Below, piece by piece: positions 36,728-45,581 of a stretch of 64,000 nt of DNA. The notes beneath the pieces were generated by a model. It was not told the DNA's origin. It saw nothing but the letters and a program-made list of their open reading frames with translations, and did no database searches. Numbering within the stretch: the first letter of the stretch is position 1; every line of letters begins with the position of its first letter. The translations under genes were made by a program, and so were the position numbers. The stretch comes from Ostreococcus lucimarinus. Taxonomy: Eukaryota. The stretch lies in assembly GCA_000092065.1 (NCBI GenBank), contig CP000589.1; one strand, given 5' to 3'.

Positions 36728-37903
36728 TTATGCTAATTTACCTTTTGAATCCTTCGAATCGACGTCGCCGATGGATTCTAAAATCTCACGCGTCTTTTCG
36801 AGCAAATCGTACATGTTCTCGCCCGCGTCCGCGCGGCGCGCGCGCTTGGGACCGATGACGTCGAGCGCGGCGTAGGCGAGCGTCGGGAAGAAACGCACGC
36901 AATACGTCAACGCCATGATGGGCTGTGGCGCCAAGACGAGCTCGTCGACGTCGGCGAGCGCAGAGCGTACGATGCGCGCGGCGACGTAATCGACGTTCAT
37001 GCGACCTTTCGTGGACGGCGGTCGCGCGGCCGTTCGCGAAATTGCCGTTTTTGACGCGCTCGGCGACGGCGTGGAATCCGCCATATTCTTGCGAAATATG
37101 ACGCGCTCTTGGCCGTTCATCCCCGTCGCGATCGGACCTGGGTACACACACACCACCTTCACGCCCGTGTTCGCGATTTCAGAGCGCAACGAGTTTAAAA
37201 ACGCAGCATACGCCGATTTCGCCGCGGCGTACACGGACTGGCCCGGCGCCGGAACTTTGCTCGCGACGCTACACACGCCGACAATCTTCGGCGCGATCGA
37301 GCCCGCCTTTCGCCGACGCGCCGCGGCGACCATTCGCTTCGCGACTTCCTTCGTCAGAGAAATCGCCCCGATCGCGTTTAATTGAAACAACGCCTTGTCC
37401 ACGTCTTCGTCGTCGCCCGCCAAAGCGCTGCACGCCTGCGACCCGCCCGCGGCGTTCACGAACACATCCACCGTCCCACCCGCCGCCTCGAACGCCCTCT
37501 CGCACGCTTCGCTCAGCTCGCTCCGCGTTCCGCACACGTCAAACACCACGCATTTCGCGCTCGCCGCTCCCAACCGCGCGCACTCCTCCGCGACTTCCGC
37601 GCACCGCTCGGCGCGTCGTCCCGACACCACCACCCTCGCCCCGAGTCTCGCGCACGCGCGCGCCGTCGCCTCTCCGAGCCCCTGCGACGCCCCCGTGATC
37701 CACACCGCGCGTCCTCGAAGCGCGCGCGCCGGTCCCCGTCGCGCCGTCGCCCGCGCGACGACCGCGCGCGCCAGCCACGCGAGCGCGAGCGCGAGCGCGA
37801 GCGCGACGCGACGCCGCGCGCGCGCGAGCGCGACGACCGCGACGACGGGCGCGAGCTCGCGCGCGATCGCCGCGCGACGTCCAGCGCGCGCGAACGCCGA
37901 CAT
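36728..37903 (-). CDS. short-chain dehydrogenase/reductase with N-terminal membrane anchor
   Basis: Motifs: VWITGASQGLG (TGxxxGxG), VNAAG, and the catalytic SVYAAAKSA (YxxxK). The N-terminus is hydrophobic (VALALALALAWLARAVVA). Confidence 0.85.
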   Translation of the reverse strand: MSAFARAGRRAAIARELAPVVAVVALARARRRVALALALALAWLARAVVARATARRGPARALRGRAVWITGASQGLGEATARACARLGARVVVSGRRAERCAEVAEECARLGAASAKCVVFDVCGTRSELSEACERAFEAAGGTVDVFVNAAGGSQACSALAGDDEDVDKALFQLNAIGAISLTKEVAKRMVAAARRRKAGSIAPKIVGVCSVASKVPAPGQSVYAAAKSAYAAFLNSLRSEIANTGVKVVCVYPGPIATGMNGQERVIFRKNMADSTPSPSASKTAISRTAARPPSTKGRMNVDYVAARIVRSALADVDELVLAPQPIMALTYCVRFFPTLAYAALDVIGPKRARRADAGENMYDLLEKTREILESIGDVDSKDSKGKLA

Positions 37904-38046
37904 CCCGCGTCGCGCGGTGCGGCTGGTCGGCGCGCGCGCGGCGAACGCGAGAGGCGAGAGGCGAAGCCGCGCGCGGTCGTTCGTGAGATTACGATCACAA
38001 GCCGTCGGACGACGAACGCGACGCGCGCGATGAAGATCGATCGCGC

Positions 38047-39129
38047 TTAATCGAGCTTAAAACCGGGGATCGGGGCGTACAAGAAGGGCTCGCGGGCGAG
38101 CGGCATGCCGAGGAGCGCGAAGACGCCGCCGGCGGCGGCGCCGACGAGAATGATCGTGACGCCCCATTGCACGCCCTTGCGCACGAATTGAGCGACGACC
38201 TCGGGATCGTTTTCGTTGGCGGTCGCGTTCGTCGTCGTGAGCTGACGCCGGACGTCGATACCGAGAAGCTTGCGCTCGGCGGCTCTCGCCGTTTGCTCGC
38301 TCGCTCGACTCGTCAACGCCAGGGCGTTAAATTCGATACCCTTCTCGGCGCGCATCGCGCGCAACACTCTAGCCACGCTCGCTCGCGTTTCGACGACGGC
38401 CCATTTTGCGATTTCGCTCTTCGAGCCAAACTTCTTCGACGCGTACGTCGCCCCCTCCAACGCGACGTACGCGAATTCCGCGCCGTCGCCGCCCTCGAGC
38501 GCGAACGCCCGCGCCCCCTCCTCGAAACACCGCAACTCTCGCTCGACGTACCCTTTCGCCCGACCGAGCGCATCGACGTCGCTCTTCTTCAAAACTTTCA
38601 AGTCGTCGCTCCCGAAGCACGCCTCACGATCGAACAACGCCTTCGTCTTCGCGCGTTCGCACCCGTCGCCTTCGCCGTCGGCGATCGCCTTCGCCGCGTT
38701 CGACAATCCCACCGCACCTTCGACCCGCACCTCCCGCCGCGTCACCCCTGGCACGTCCCAAACATCTGCACCGCCATCCGCCACGATCGCGTCGTGCGCG
38801 AACGTCAAGAACCTTCCCTTTCTCGTCCCCGCGCCGTCGCTCGAGCGTCGCGCCGCGAACCAAATCTTCTCCTCGTCCACCGTCGCCCGCACGACGTCGT
38901 CGCGCGCCGAGACGCCCTCCGCGACGAGTCCGAGCGACGCGCGCGCGATGACGGCGAGCTCATCGAGCGTGATCGCGCGCTTCATCGCGTCGTCGCCCGT
39001 CGAGAGCCATCCATCGGTCGTGGCGTCGAAAAACGTCCCGGCGGTCTCGCGCGTCGCGCGCGCGACGTCGCAGCGCGCGACGAGCGCGACGAGCGCGATC
39101 AGCGTCGCGGCGACGCGCGCGCGAGGCAT
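38047..39129 (-). CDS. type I membrane protein (signal peptide, lumenal domain, one TM, short tail)
   Basis: The first ATG is at 39129 (MPRARVAATLIALVALVARCDVARA). C-terminal TM VTIILVGAAAGGVFALLG plus tail MPLAREPFLYAPIPGFKLD. The upstream part of the track ORF (to 40170) has no ATG and is antisense to VPS18. Confidence 0.6.
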   Translation of the reverse strand: MPRARVAATLIALVALVARCDVARATRETAGTFFDATTDGWLSTGDDAMKRAITLDELAVIARASLGLVAEGVSARDDVVRATVDEEKIWFAARRSSDGAGTRKGRFLTFAHDAIVADGGADVWDVPGVTRREVRVEGAVGLSNAAKAIADGEGDGCERAKTKALFDREACFGSDDLKVLKKSDVDALGRAKGYVERELRCFEEGARAFALEGGDGAEFAYVALEGATYASKKFGSKSEIAKWAVVETRASVARVLRAMRAEKGIEFNALALTSRASEQTARAAERKLLGIDVRRQLTTTNATANENDPEVVAQFVRKGVQWGVTIILVGAAAGGVFALLGMPLAREPFLYAPIPGFKLD

Positions 39130-39217
39130 GGCGACGTTCGACCGACGCGCGCGCGCGGCGTCGCGGTTTGACGATAGATTCCGCGATTCACGACACTCAT
39201 CCGCGCGCGGTCGCGCG
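39130..39217. promoter_or_regulatory. 88-bp (or zero) spacer between head-to-head genes; overlapping CATG start codons at 39127-39130
   Basis: The minus-strand ATG occupies 39129-39127. An in-frame + strand ATG occupies 39128-39130, and the next + ATG is at 39218. Confidence 0.35.
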
Positions 39218-42200
39218 ATGTCGCGTCCGTTACCCGCGGGTGCGGCGCTGTTGGACGATCCAAACGCCAGGGCGTCGTTCGACGCGTTCGCGCGCCGCGA
39301 CGGGGTCGCGCGCGATGAAGAAACAGACGAAAACGCGCGCGATGTTGATTTGGATGCATCGGCGTCGCGGCCGAAATTCGCGGCGCTGAACGTCGGCGCG
39401 ACGTTGATGACGCCCGGAGTGGAGTCGGATGATGTGGACGATCGCTTAAAGGCGTTCGTGTTGGGTGGGGGTTCGAACGGGCGCGCAGTCGTGAGCGACG
39501 GCGGCGGCGGCGCGTTCGTCGGGCGGTTGGGCGACGGCGCGCGCGACGGCGTCGATGACGACGCGATCGCGCGGAAGATCTCGAGCGAAAACGCGGAAAC
39601 GTCGACGAGCTTGATCGTCGTGGACGATTGGTGCGGCGAACACTGCGTGATCGGGGTGATGGGTCGAGGCGACGGCGCCGGGGACGGGGCGCGATATTGG
39701 CGGCGAGGTTGGGCGGCGGCGCGGCCGCTCGCGGGTTTGCGTGGCGTGCACTGCACGTGCGCGACGTTCGTCAAGGGGAAAGACGGCGACAACGATGGGG
39801 CAAGGATCCTCTTGGGCTCGAGCGATGGGCGCGTGTTCGACGTGCGCGTGGACGCAGCGGACACGCGACGGTTTGAAAAATCGTGCGAAGTGGCGTTAGA
39901 GTTGCGAGACGGGAAAGCCATCACGGGAGTGTGCGCGACGAAAGATCGCGCGAGCGATGGTAGTGAAAGGTTCGGGGCACTGATTACGACGCCGTCGAAA
40001 TTGTACGCGTTCGTGGGGTCGTATTCATTAGAGTCCGTGCTCGCCATGGCACGCGCCCGACCGAGCGGTTTCGAGGCGGCGGTTGAGATGCCCGTGGAGA
40101 GCGATAGGAGTAAGCTGTGCGTGTGGCGAAAGCGGCGATCATCAACGCCTGATCGCATGGCGTGGCTCACCGGGGCTGGGGTTTATCGCGGGAAGCTGAA
40201 TTTCAAAGTCGACGACGCTTCAAGCGTGTTGGAGCAACACGGCGCGCTCCCCTTTCCAAAACTAGAAGACGACGAATCGGGGAACGACGCCCCGATTTCG
40301 CTTGCGATGACGGAGCATCACATTTTATTGCTATACTCGACGCGTTTGGTGGCCATGAATTCAATCACGGGAGATGTGGAAGGGACGATTAAACTACCCC
40401 TAGGTGGCGCGTCGACATTCGCTTTCACCGATCCTGCGACGTCTGTTCCGTACGCGGCGAACGCAGAGAATTTGCTACAAATCGTCGTTACAAACGAAGA
40501 TGCAAACATGTGGCGAGTGTACTGCGACCAAAATGATTACGACCAAGCGATTACGGCGTGCAAGTCTGATTTACAGCGGCAGTTCGTGTACACTGCTCGA
40601 GCAGAACGCGCGTTGAAATTGAAACGCTTCGACGAAGCCGCGACGGCGTTTGCCAACGCCGGCATCGCGCACGCAATCGAAACGATCGCAAAAACGTTCG
40701 TTGACTTGAACGCAAAAGACGCACTGTATGCGTACATGGAAGGGCGGTTACGCGGCTTACCGCAAGACGATGCGGCACGACGTTTGATCATCGCCATGTG
40801 GTTGCTTGAGGAGTACGTCAAGATTGCGAGCTTCTCTCGCAACGAGGCGAACGACTTCAAGGTTCGAGAGTTTTTGCGAGAAAATTTCGAGAGCCTGGAC
40901 GAACGGGAAGCGTTGCGAATTTTAAGCGAAGCTGGTCGTATCGATGACGAAATTTACTTTGCCGAACTGTGCGGTGATTACGACAGGGTATTGGATCATT
41001 TCATGCAAATCGGCGACGCGAGAAAAACTTTAGAAATCGCGGCTTCGCCTAAAGTACCGCGTTCAACGTTGAATCGAGTGTTGCCGACACTCATTAAGGC
41101 ACTGCCAAAAGACTCGATCGATTTCATGCTATCACGCCCGAAGACGGATGACGATGTGAAAATTATAGAGGCTTTGGCTCGCGACGATGCGTCCTACGCG
41201 GCGTCAGAGACGAGTGAATCGCTGGCTGCATACTTGACGAGATATTTAGAGTCCATCACGGCGAAACCGGACGGCGCAGCTCGCGGCGACGCCACGGTGC
41301 ACGATCTTCTGCTCGATGTGTACATCAAACAGCTAGAATCCTCACCCACCGTGGTGGCAACGTTGAACAAGTACATACTCGACGCCGTGGATGAAAGCAC
41401 TAATGCGCCGTACTACGACGTACATTATGCGATTCGTATGTGCGAAAAACATGGCGCACATCGAAGCGCTGTGTACGCATACTGTGTATCTCGGGATTTT
41501 GACATGGCCATGCACGTCGCGTTGACGACGCTTCAAGATGTGGAGTTGGCAAAAACCGTGACGAAAAAAGCCGCCGAGTCGAAATCAGATGATCCAAACG
41601 AAGACGAAATCACGCAGAAAAAACTGTGGATTGAGATTGCAAAGTGGTCGATTCGCAAGTCTGGTGCACTGGACAAGGCAATGGCATCGATGGACGAAGA
41701 CGAAAAGCGCACCGCGATTCGCAGCGCGCTGAGCTTTTTGAATGAAACCAACGGCGCGTTGCGTGTGGAGGACATTCTTCCTCTCCTTCCCGACTTCACC
41801 ATCATCGACGACGTGAAGGACTTGGTGCTGCAGTCTCTCACAGAGCATCGAACGGAGATCGAACAATTGAAAGAAGGCCTAGAAGAGATCACCGCCTTCA
41901 CGCAAGACGTCCAGGACGATATCGAGGAGATGGAACAGAAAACCATCGTCATCTCCAAGGATACGAAGTGCTTTGAATGCGGCAAGCCTGTGGTGCGTTT
42001 GCGTCTGATGGAGACGGCGGATGATCCAAACTTACTCGCCCCTTTCTATGTCTTTCCGTGCGAGATGGCGTATCACACTGAGTGCCTACTCCGACGCACG
42101 CTACCTCTCATGCTCATCGATCAACGCAAACGAGCGTTGGCGCTCATGCGTGCGCTCAAGGTGCCGCTCCCGCGACGGCTCAAGCCCGAGACAAAGTTTT

Positions 42201-42514
42201 GGGGCGCGCCGCCGAAATCTGCCACCGGTCTCACCACCGCCGAAGCCGTGAGTGAGCTCGAAGACATCTTATGCGCAGACTGCCCAGATTGTGGCGCGCA
42301 CGATTTACGTCTCATAAACCTCCCAATCTTGACACCAGAAGAGGAAGCCTTGGACGAGGAACTCGTGCGTTTGCTCCCGCCCGAGTGGTTCGAGCCCATG
42401 CACGCAGCCATCAACATGAACGACCCCGCGGAGACGTACCTGACCATGGAAGATTTCAAAAAAATAGATCTCGGCGAGGGATGGCCCGATCACGACTTCT
42501 TCCGCACGTTTTAG
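39218..42514 (+). CDS. VPS18: VPS18/Pep3-type HOPS/CORVET core subunit
   Basis: About 1100 aa with an N-terminal beta-rich region and a helical solenoid. The C-terminal RING-H2-like motif is CFECGKPV..FYVFPCEMAYHTECL. An alternative in-frame ATG lies at 39128. The track ORF start 38270 is an artefactual extension. Confidence 0.85.
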   Translation: MSRPLPAGAALLDDPNARASFDAFARRDGVARDEETDENARDVDLDASASRPKFAALNVGATLMTPGVESDDVDDRLKAFVLGGGSNGRAVVSDGGGGAFVGRLGDGARDGVDDDAIARKISSENAETSTSLIVVDDWCGEHCVIGVMGRGDGAGDGARYWRRGWAAARPLAGLRGVHCTCATFVKGKDGDNDGARILLGSSDGRVFDVRVDAADTRRFEKSCEVALELRDGKAITGVCATKDRASDGSERFGALITTPSKLYAFVGSYSLESVLAMARARPSGFEAAVEMPVESDRSKLCVWRKRRSSTPDRMAWLTGAGVYRGKLNFKVDDASSVLEQHGALPFPKLEDDESGNDAPISLAMTEHHILLLYSTRLVAMNSITGDVEGTIKLPLGGASTFAFTDPATSVPYAANAENLLQIVVTNEDANMWRVYCDQNDYDQAITACKSDLQRQFVYTARAERALKLKRFDEAATAFANAGIAHAIETIAKTFVDLNAKDALYAYMEGRLRGLPQDDAARRLIIAMWLLEEYVKIASFSRNEANDFKVREFLRENFESLDEREALRILSEAGRIDDEIYFAELCGDYDRVLDHFMQIGDARKTLEIAASPKVPRSTLNRVLPTLIKALPKDSIDFMLSRPKTDDDVKIIEALARDDASYAASETSESLAAYLTRYLESITAKPDGAARGDATVHDLLLDVYIKQLESSPTVVATLNKYILDAVDESTNAPYYDVHYAIRMCEKHGAHRSAVYAYCVSRDFDMAMHVALTTLQDVELAKTVTKKAAESKSDDPNEDEITQKKLWIEIAKWSIRKSGALDKAMASMDEDEKRTAIRSALSFLNETNGALRVEDILPLLPDFTIIDDVKDLVLQSLTEHRTEIEQLKEGLEEITAFTQDVQDDIEEMEQKTIVISKDTKCFECGKPVVRLRLMETADDPNLLAPFYVFPCEMAYHTECLLRRTLPLMLIDQRKRALALMRALKVPLPRRLKPETKFWGAPPKSATGLTTAEAVSELEDILCADCPDCGAHDLRLINLPILTPEEEALDEELVRLLPPEWFEPMHAAINMNDPAETYLTMEDFKKIDLGEGWPDHDFFRTF

Positions 42515-42598
42515 AATTTTAGACATCCATGTTGAAATCGACGGAGCCGTCGCTTATCCACAGCCCGTGCGCGCGCAGAGTCTCCACAGCGCGACGTG

Positions 42599-43876
42599 AT
42601 GCATCGCGCCCTCGCTCGAACTTCTCTGCGGGTATCGCGTCACGACTTAACGACATCAATCTCCAGTCCCGCGTCGCACGCGCGTCGTCGCGCGATGCCC
42701 GCGCTGTCGTCCCGAGCCGACGCCGACTCGAAATCTGTCCCCACCGGGTCGCGAGAGCCACACTTTCGGTTCGGTTTGCTCGCCGACATACAGTACTGCG
42801 ACGGCGACGACCGCAAAAACATCACCGGAACGCAAATGCGGAGGTACAGGAACACGCTGAACGTCGCGGAACGGGCGGTGGAGTATTTTAACACGCACGA
42901 GTGTGACTTTTTGGTGCACAACGGAGACATCACCGACCACCAGTGCGCGTTTGATTTCGCGAGCGATGATTTTAAGCCCATCGAGCGCGGAAGAGAGGAT
43001 TTAGGGGCGGTGATGCGGATATTGAGCCGAGCGAAGTGCGCGGAGTGGTTGTTCACGGTTGGGAATCACGAGCTGTATAATTTTACGCGAGAGGAGTTGC
43101 GCCAAGGCGTGGCGAGTCCTGGGAATTCGTTGAATTTGAAATGCTCGAACGCGGATGGGGAGTTTTATTACTCCTTCAAAGCCGGACCGGGATGGCGAGT
43201 GATGGTGCTGGATCCGTACGCGGTGAGTATTTATCGCAAAGGTCGCCAGCAAGGGCTGTGCGAGGAAGCGGTGGAGCTGTTGCGCAAGCACAACCCAAAC
43301 GTCGACTTGTTCGTCAAGGAAAATCCAGACGTGATAGAGACCGAACGCATGAGCGGGACTTTTCCGTACTTCAAAGACATCGAGGGGCTGGCTGGGCGAT
43401 GGGTGCCGTTTAACGGAGGATTGGGGAAAGAGCAAATCGCCTGGGCTCGCGAGACGATTCGCGCCGCGAGCGCCGCAGACGAAAAGGTATTAATCTTCTC
43501 TCACTTGCTCATCCACCCGCACTCCACGGCGAAAAGATCGGGCAAGACTTTGATGTGGGACTACGACGAAATTTTAGAAATTATCGAGGCCGAGGAAACG
43601 CGAGGGTGCGTGAAGTGCGTAGTCTCCGGCCACCAACACGAAGGCACAAAGTGGCAGTGCGAGAAAACGGGCGTGCATTACATCGGCATGGAGAGCCCGA
43701 TGCTAGCCATGGACGTGTCCCCGGGACCATTTGCCATCGTTGAAGTCTTCGATGATGAAATTGTATTCAAAGGGTACGGGCGAAACGAGGACTCGCTCTT
43801 ATTCCCTTTCGATCCAGAAGAACCACCGACGGAGCCGTTGTTGTGCAGTCTTCGTGTGAATTCGCATGATCCTTAG
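42599..43876 (+). CDS. Mn-dependent ADP-ribose/CDP-alcohol diphosphatase-like metallophosphoesterase
   Basis: Motifs: FRFGLLADIQYCDGDD, LVHNGDITD, FTVGNHELYNF, VVSGHQHEG, collinear with ADPRibase-Mn. The track start 42596 is GTG; ATG at 42599. Confidence 0.75.
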   Translation: MHRALARTSLRVSRHDLTTSISSPASHARRRAMPALSSRADADSKSVPTGSREPHFRFGLLADIQYCDGDDRKNITGTQMRRYRNTLNVAERAVEYFNTHECDFLVHNGDITDHQCAFDFASDDFKPIERGREDLGAVMRILSRAKCAEWLFTVGNHELYNFTREELRQGVASPGNSLNLKCSNADGEFYYSFKAGPGWRVMVLDPYAVSIYRKGRQQGLCEEAVELLRKHNPNVDLFVKENPDVIETERMSGTFPYFKDIEGLAGRWVPFNGGLGKEQIAWARETIRAASAADEKVLIFSHLLIHPHSTAKRSGKTLMWDYDEILEIIEAEETRGCVKCVVSGHQHEGTKWQCEKTGVHYIGMESPMLAMDVSPGPFAIVEVFDDEIVFKGYGRNEDSLLFPFDPEEPPTEPLLCSLRVNSHDP

Positions 43877-43945
43877 AGCGCCCATCACACCACGTGTTGT
43901 ATTACTTTTACAATCCTTGTTAGTCATATTCTGTCGCTTTGCGAT

Positions 43946-44023
43946 CGTCGCGCGCTTTCATCGGACGAAATCTCAGACGCAATGGCGTCTTTTGCGATTT
44001 CGTCGTCACGCGCGCGCGGACGT
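43946..44023 (-). promoter_or_regulatory. type-2 SECIS-like stem-loop in the MsrA 3'UTR
   Basis: Minus-strand RNA: CGCGCGCG-UGA-C-GACGAAAUC-GCAAA-AGACGC-CAUU-GCGUCU-GA-GAUUUCGUC-C-GAU-GAAA-GCGCGCG. It has a 9-bp helix II, an AAA bulge 12 nt after the UGA, a 6-bp helix III with a tetraloop, tandem G.A/A.G plus U.U quartet positions, and a GC-rich helix I. The 5' core is GUGA rather than the canonical AUGA. Confidence 0.5.
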
Positions 44024-44064
44024 CGCTGCGCGAAAACAAATCTACTACTTTGACGCGACGAAAA

Positions 44065-44673
44065 TCACCACCCGAAACGCGACACGCGCGGTTTATTGTA
44101 GTACTTTTGATGGTACTCTTCGGCATCCCACCACGGTGTCGCTAAAGAGACCTCCGGCGGGTAGATATCGGTGAAGAACTTTCGCTGCACTTGCTTCTCG
44201 CGCGCTTCCTTGGACGCCACCGCTTTTTCGTACTGCTCGGGCGTCTGCGCCCAAATAGCGCTCTTATACTGCGCTTTGCTTTCGTACGTGGGTTGATGCT
44301 CGCTCCAAAACTGTTCCAACAGCTTATCGAAGCTCGTCGTCGCCGCGTCGTACGCCACGTAATACCCCTCCGTGTGCCCGGTTCCTCCGGCACACACCGC
44401 TGAATACGTCGGGAAATCGCTCTCGCCTCCTGTGTACCCGACCCTGACGTTCTTCACGCCCTTGAGCGCGCTGAACGAGGCGTCGGGCCCCCAAAATCAC
44501 CCAGAGGCGAAGACGGCGAGTTGGCAATTTTCCGGGACGACGAAACCATCGCCGCGGTCGGTGCGCCGCGCGTCCTTGCTCGCGGGCATCGCGGCGAGCG
44601 CGCGGACGTTTCTTTTGTTCGCGGACGCGCGCGAGGGAGCGGCGACGCGCGCGGTCGCGACGGCAGCGCGCAT
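44065..44673 (-). CDS. MSRA: peptide methionine sulfoxide reductase A with in-frame TGA (predicted selenocysteine) at the catalytic position
   Basis: Track ORFs 44497..44934 and 44065..44457 are in the same frame, separated by TGA at 44499-44497. Read-through gives ..QLAVFASG-U-FWGPDASFSALKGVKNVRVGYTGGESDFPTYSAVCAGGTGHTE.., which is the MsrA GCFWG active site with U in place of C. Candidate starts are ATG 44673 (transit-like) or 44589. Confidence 0.75.
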
Positions 44674-44705
44674 CGGGACGCGCGTCCCGGTGTGACGTGG
44701 CCGCA

Positions 44706-44743
44706 CAGATTTCGACCGCGCGGGCGCGCGCGGTCGAAATCTG
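44706..44743. other. perfect 17-bp inverted repeat with 4-nt loop
   Basis: cagatttcgaccgcgcg ggcg cgcgcggtcgaaatctg. It lies 33 nt upstream of MsrA ATG 44673 and about 100 nt downstream of the stop of the upstream tandem gene. Confidence 0.85.
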
Positions 44744-44845
44744 AGGCGCACACCGGCGCGACGCGACGCGCGCGCGAGACGAAAGCTAGAGATATGATGA
44801 GTAAAAATATTAATCTCGCGCGCGACGACGACGGCGAGCGCGCGA

Positions 44846-45400
44846 TCAGCGCAGGATGACCAGAGACCAATCCGGGAACTTTGCGTTCCAGTATCGAACG
44901 CCCATCTGCGCGAGCGTTCGCGAGTTATCGTCAAACTTCTTCCCCGCGTACGCCAAGCGCACGAGCCCCGGCATGACTCCAGTTTTATCCGCGATGAGCT
45001 TTTTCACCTCGTTCACGCGCGTGGTGTCCGAGACGTCGATCCAGAACGGCCCTCCGTACTCGCAGTCGACGTGCAGCATGCTCGTGACGAGCAGACGCAG
45101 CGTCTTCGGCGGCTTTCTCATCGCCGCCACTTTCGCGTCGATGAAGCTCCCGAGCGGAATCCCTTTCGCCACGGCCTCGGCTTTATCCTTCAAGTATTCC
45201 TCGCGCGTCGGATCGTACATGGGCGTCCACTCCGAGCTCACCCCTCCCTCCCCGCGCGTCGCCGGCGCGTACCTCTCATCCTCCTCGTACCACGGGTACC
45301 CACCGTTCGGCGGGATCGTCGCCGTCGCCCCCGACCCCCCGGTCCCGGGCGCGTTGTTATACTTTGAAAACGCGAGGTCCGAGCTTCGATACGTCGGCAT
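44846..45400 (-). CDS. hypothetical protein with C-terminal ubiquitin-like fold
   Basis: ATG at 45400. The C-terminal ~85 aa (LRLLVTSML..FWIDVSDTTRVNEVKKLIADKTGVMPGLVRLAYAGKKFDDNSRTLAQMGV) follow the ubiquitin-fold pattern. Confidence 0.55.
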   Translation of the reverse strand: MPTYRSSDLAFSKYNNAPGTGGSGATATIPPNGGYPWYEEDERYAPATRGEGGVSSEWTPMYDPTREEYLKDKAEAVAKGIPLGSFIDAKVAAMRKPPKTLRLLVTSMLHVDCEYGGPFWIDVSDTTRVNEVKKLIADKTGVMPGLVRLAYAGKKFDDNSRTLAQMGVRYWNAKFPDWSLVILR

Positions 45401-45581
45401 CGCGTCCGTCCGCGTCGTCCTGTGCCGTTTTTCGCGGCCGTTTTTCTCGAGAGATCCAAACCGTTTTTTATCTGACGCGACCGCGCGAGGCGACGTCGCG
45501 CGAGTGGATAAGGCGCCTCACCGCGCCGCGCGCGCGCGCGACGCGCGCGGAGGCGCCGAAAAGCTAGGACCGCGCTCGAGA

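Noticed and set aside
38270-39127. N-terminal 286 codons of the 1414-aa track ORF (the VPS18 frame).
   Set aside because: There is no ATG before 39128. The segment is antisense to a well-formed signal-peptide/TM gene and is low-complexity S/A/R-rich, so it is an artefactual extension from bacterial start rules. The same applies to 48898-49302, 44856-45581, 12306-12728 and 39130-40170.
42519-42761. 80-aa minus-strand ORF overlapping the 5' end of the ADPRibase-Mn-like gene.
   Set aside because: It overlaps a motif-supported gene on the opposite strand, has an Arg-rich N-half, leaves no room for a promoter, and shows no recognisable motif.
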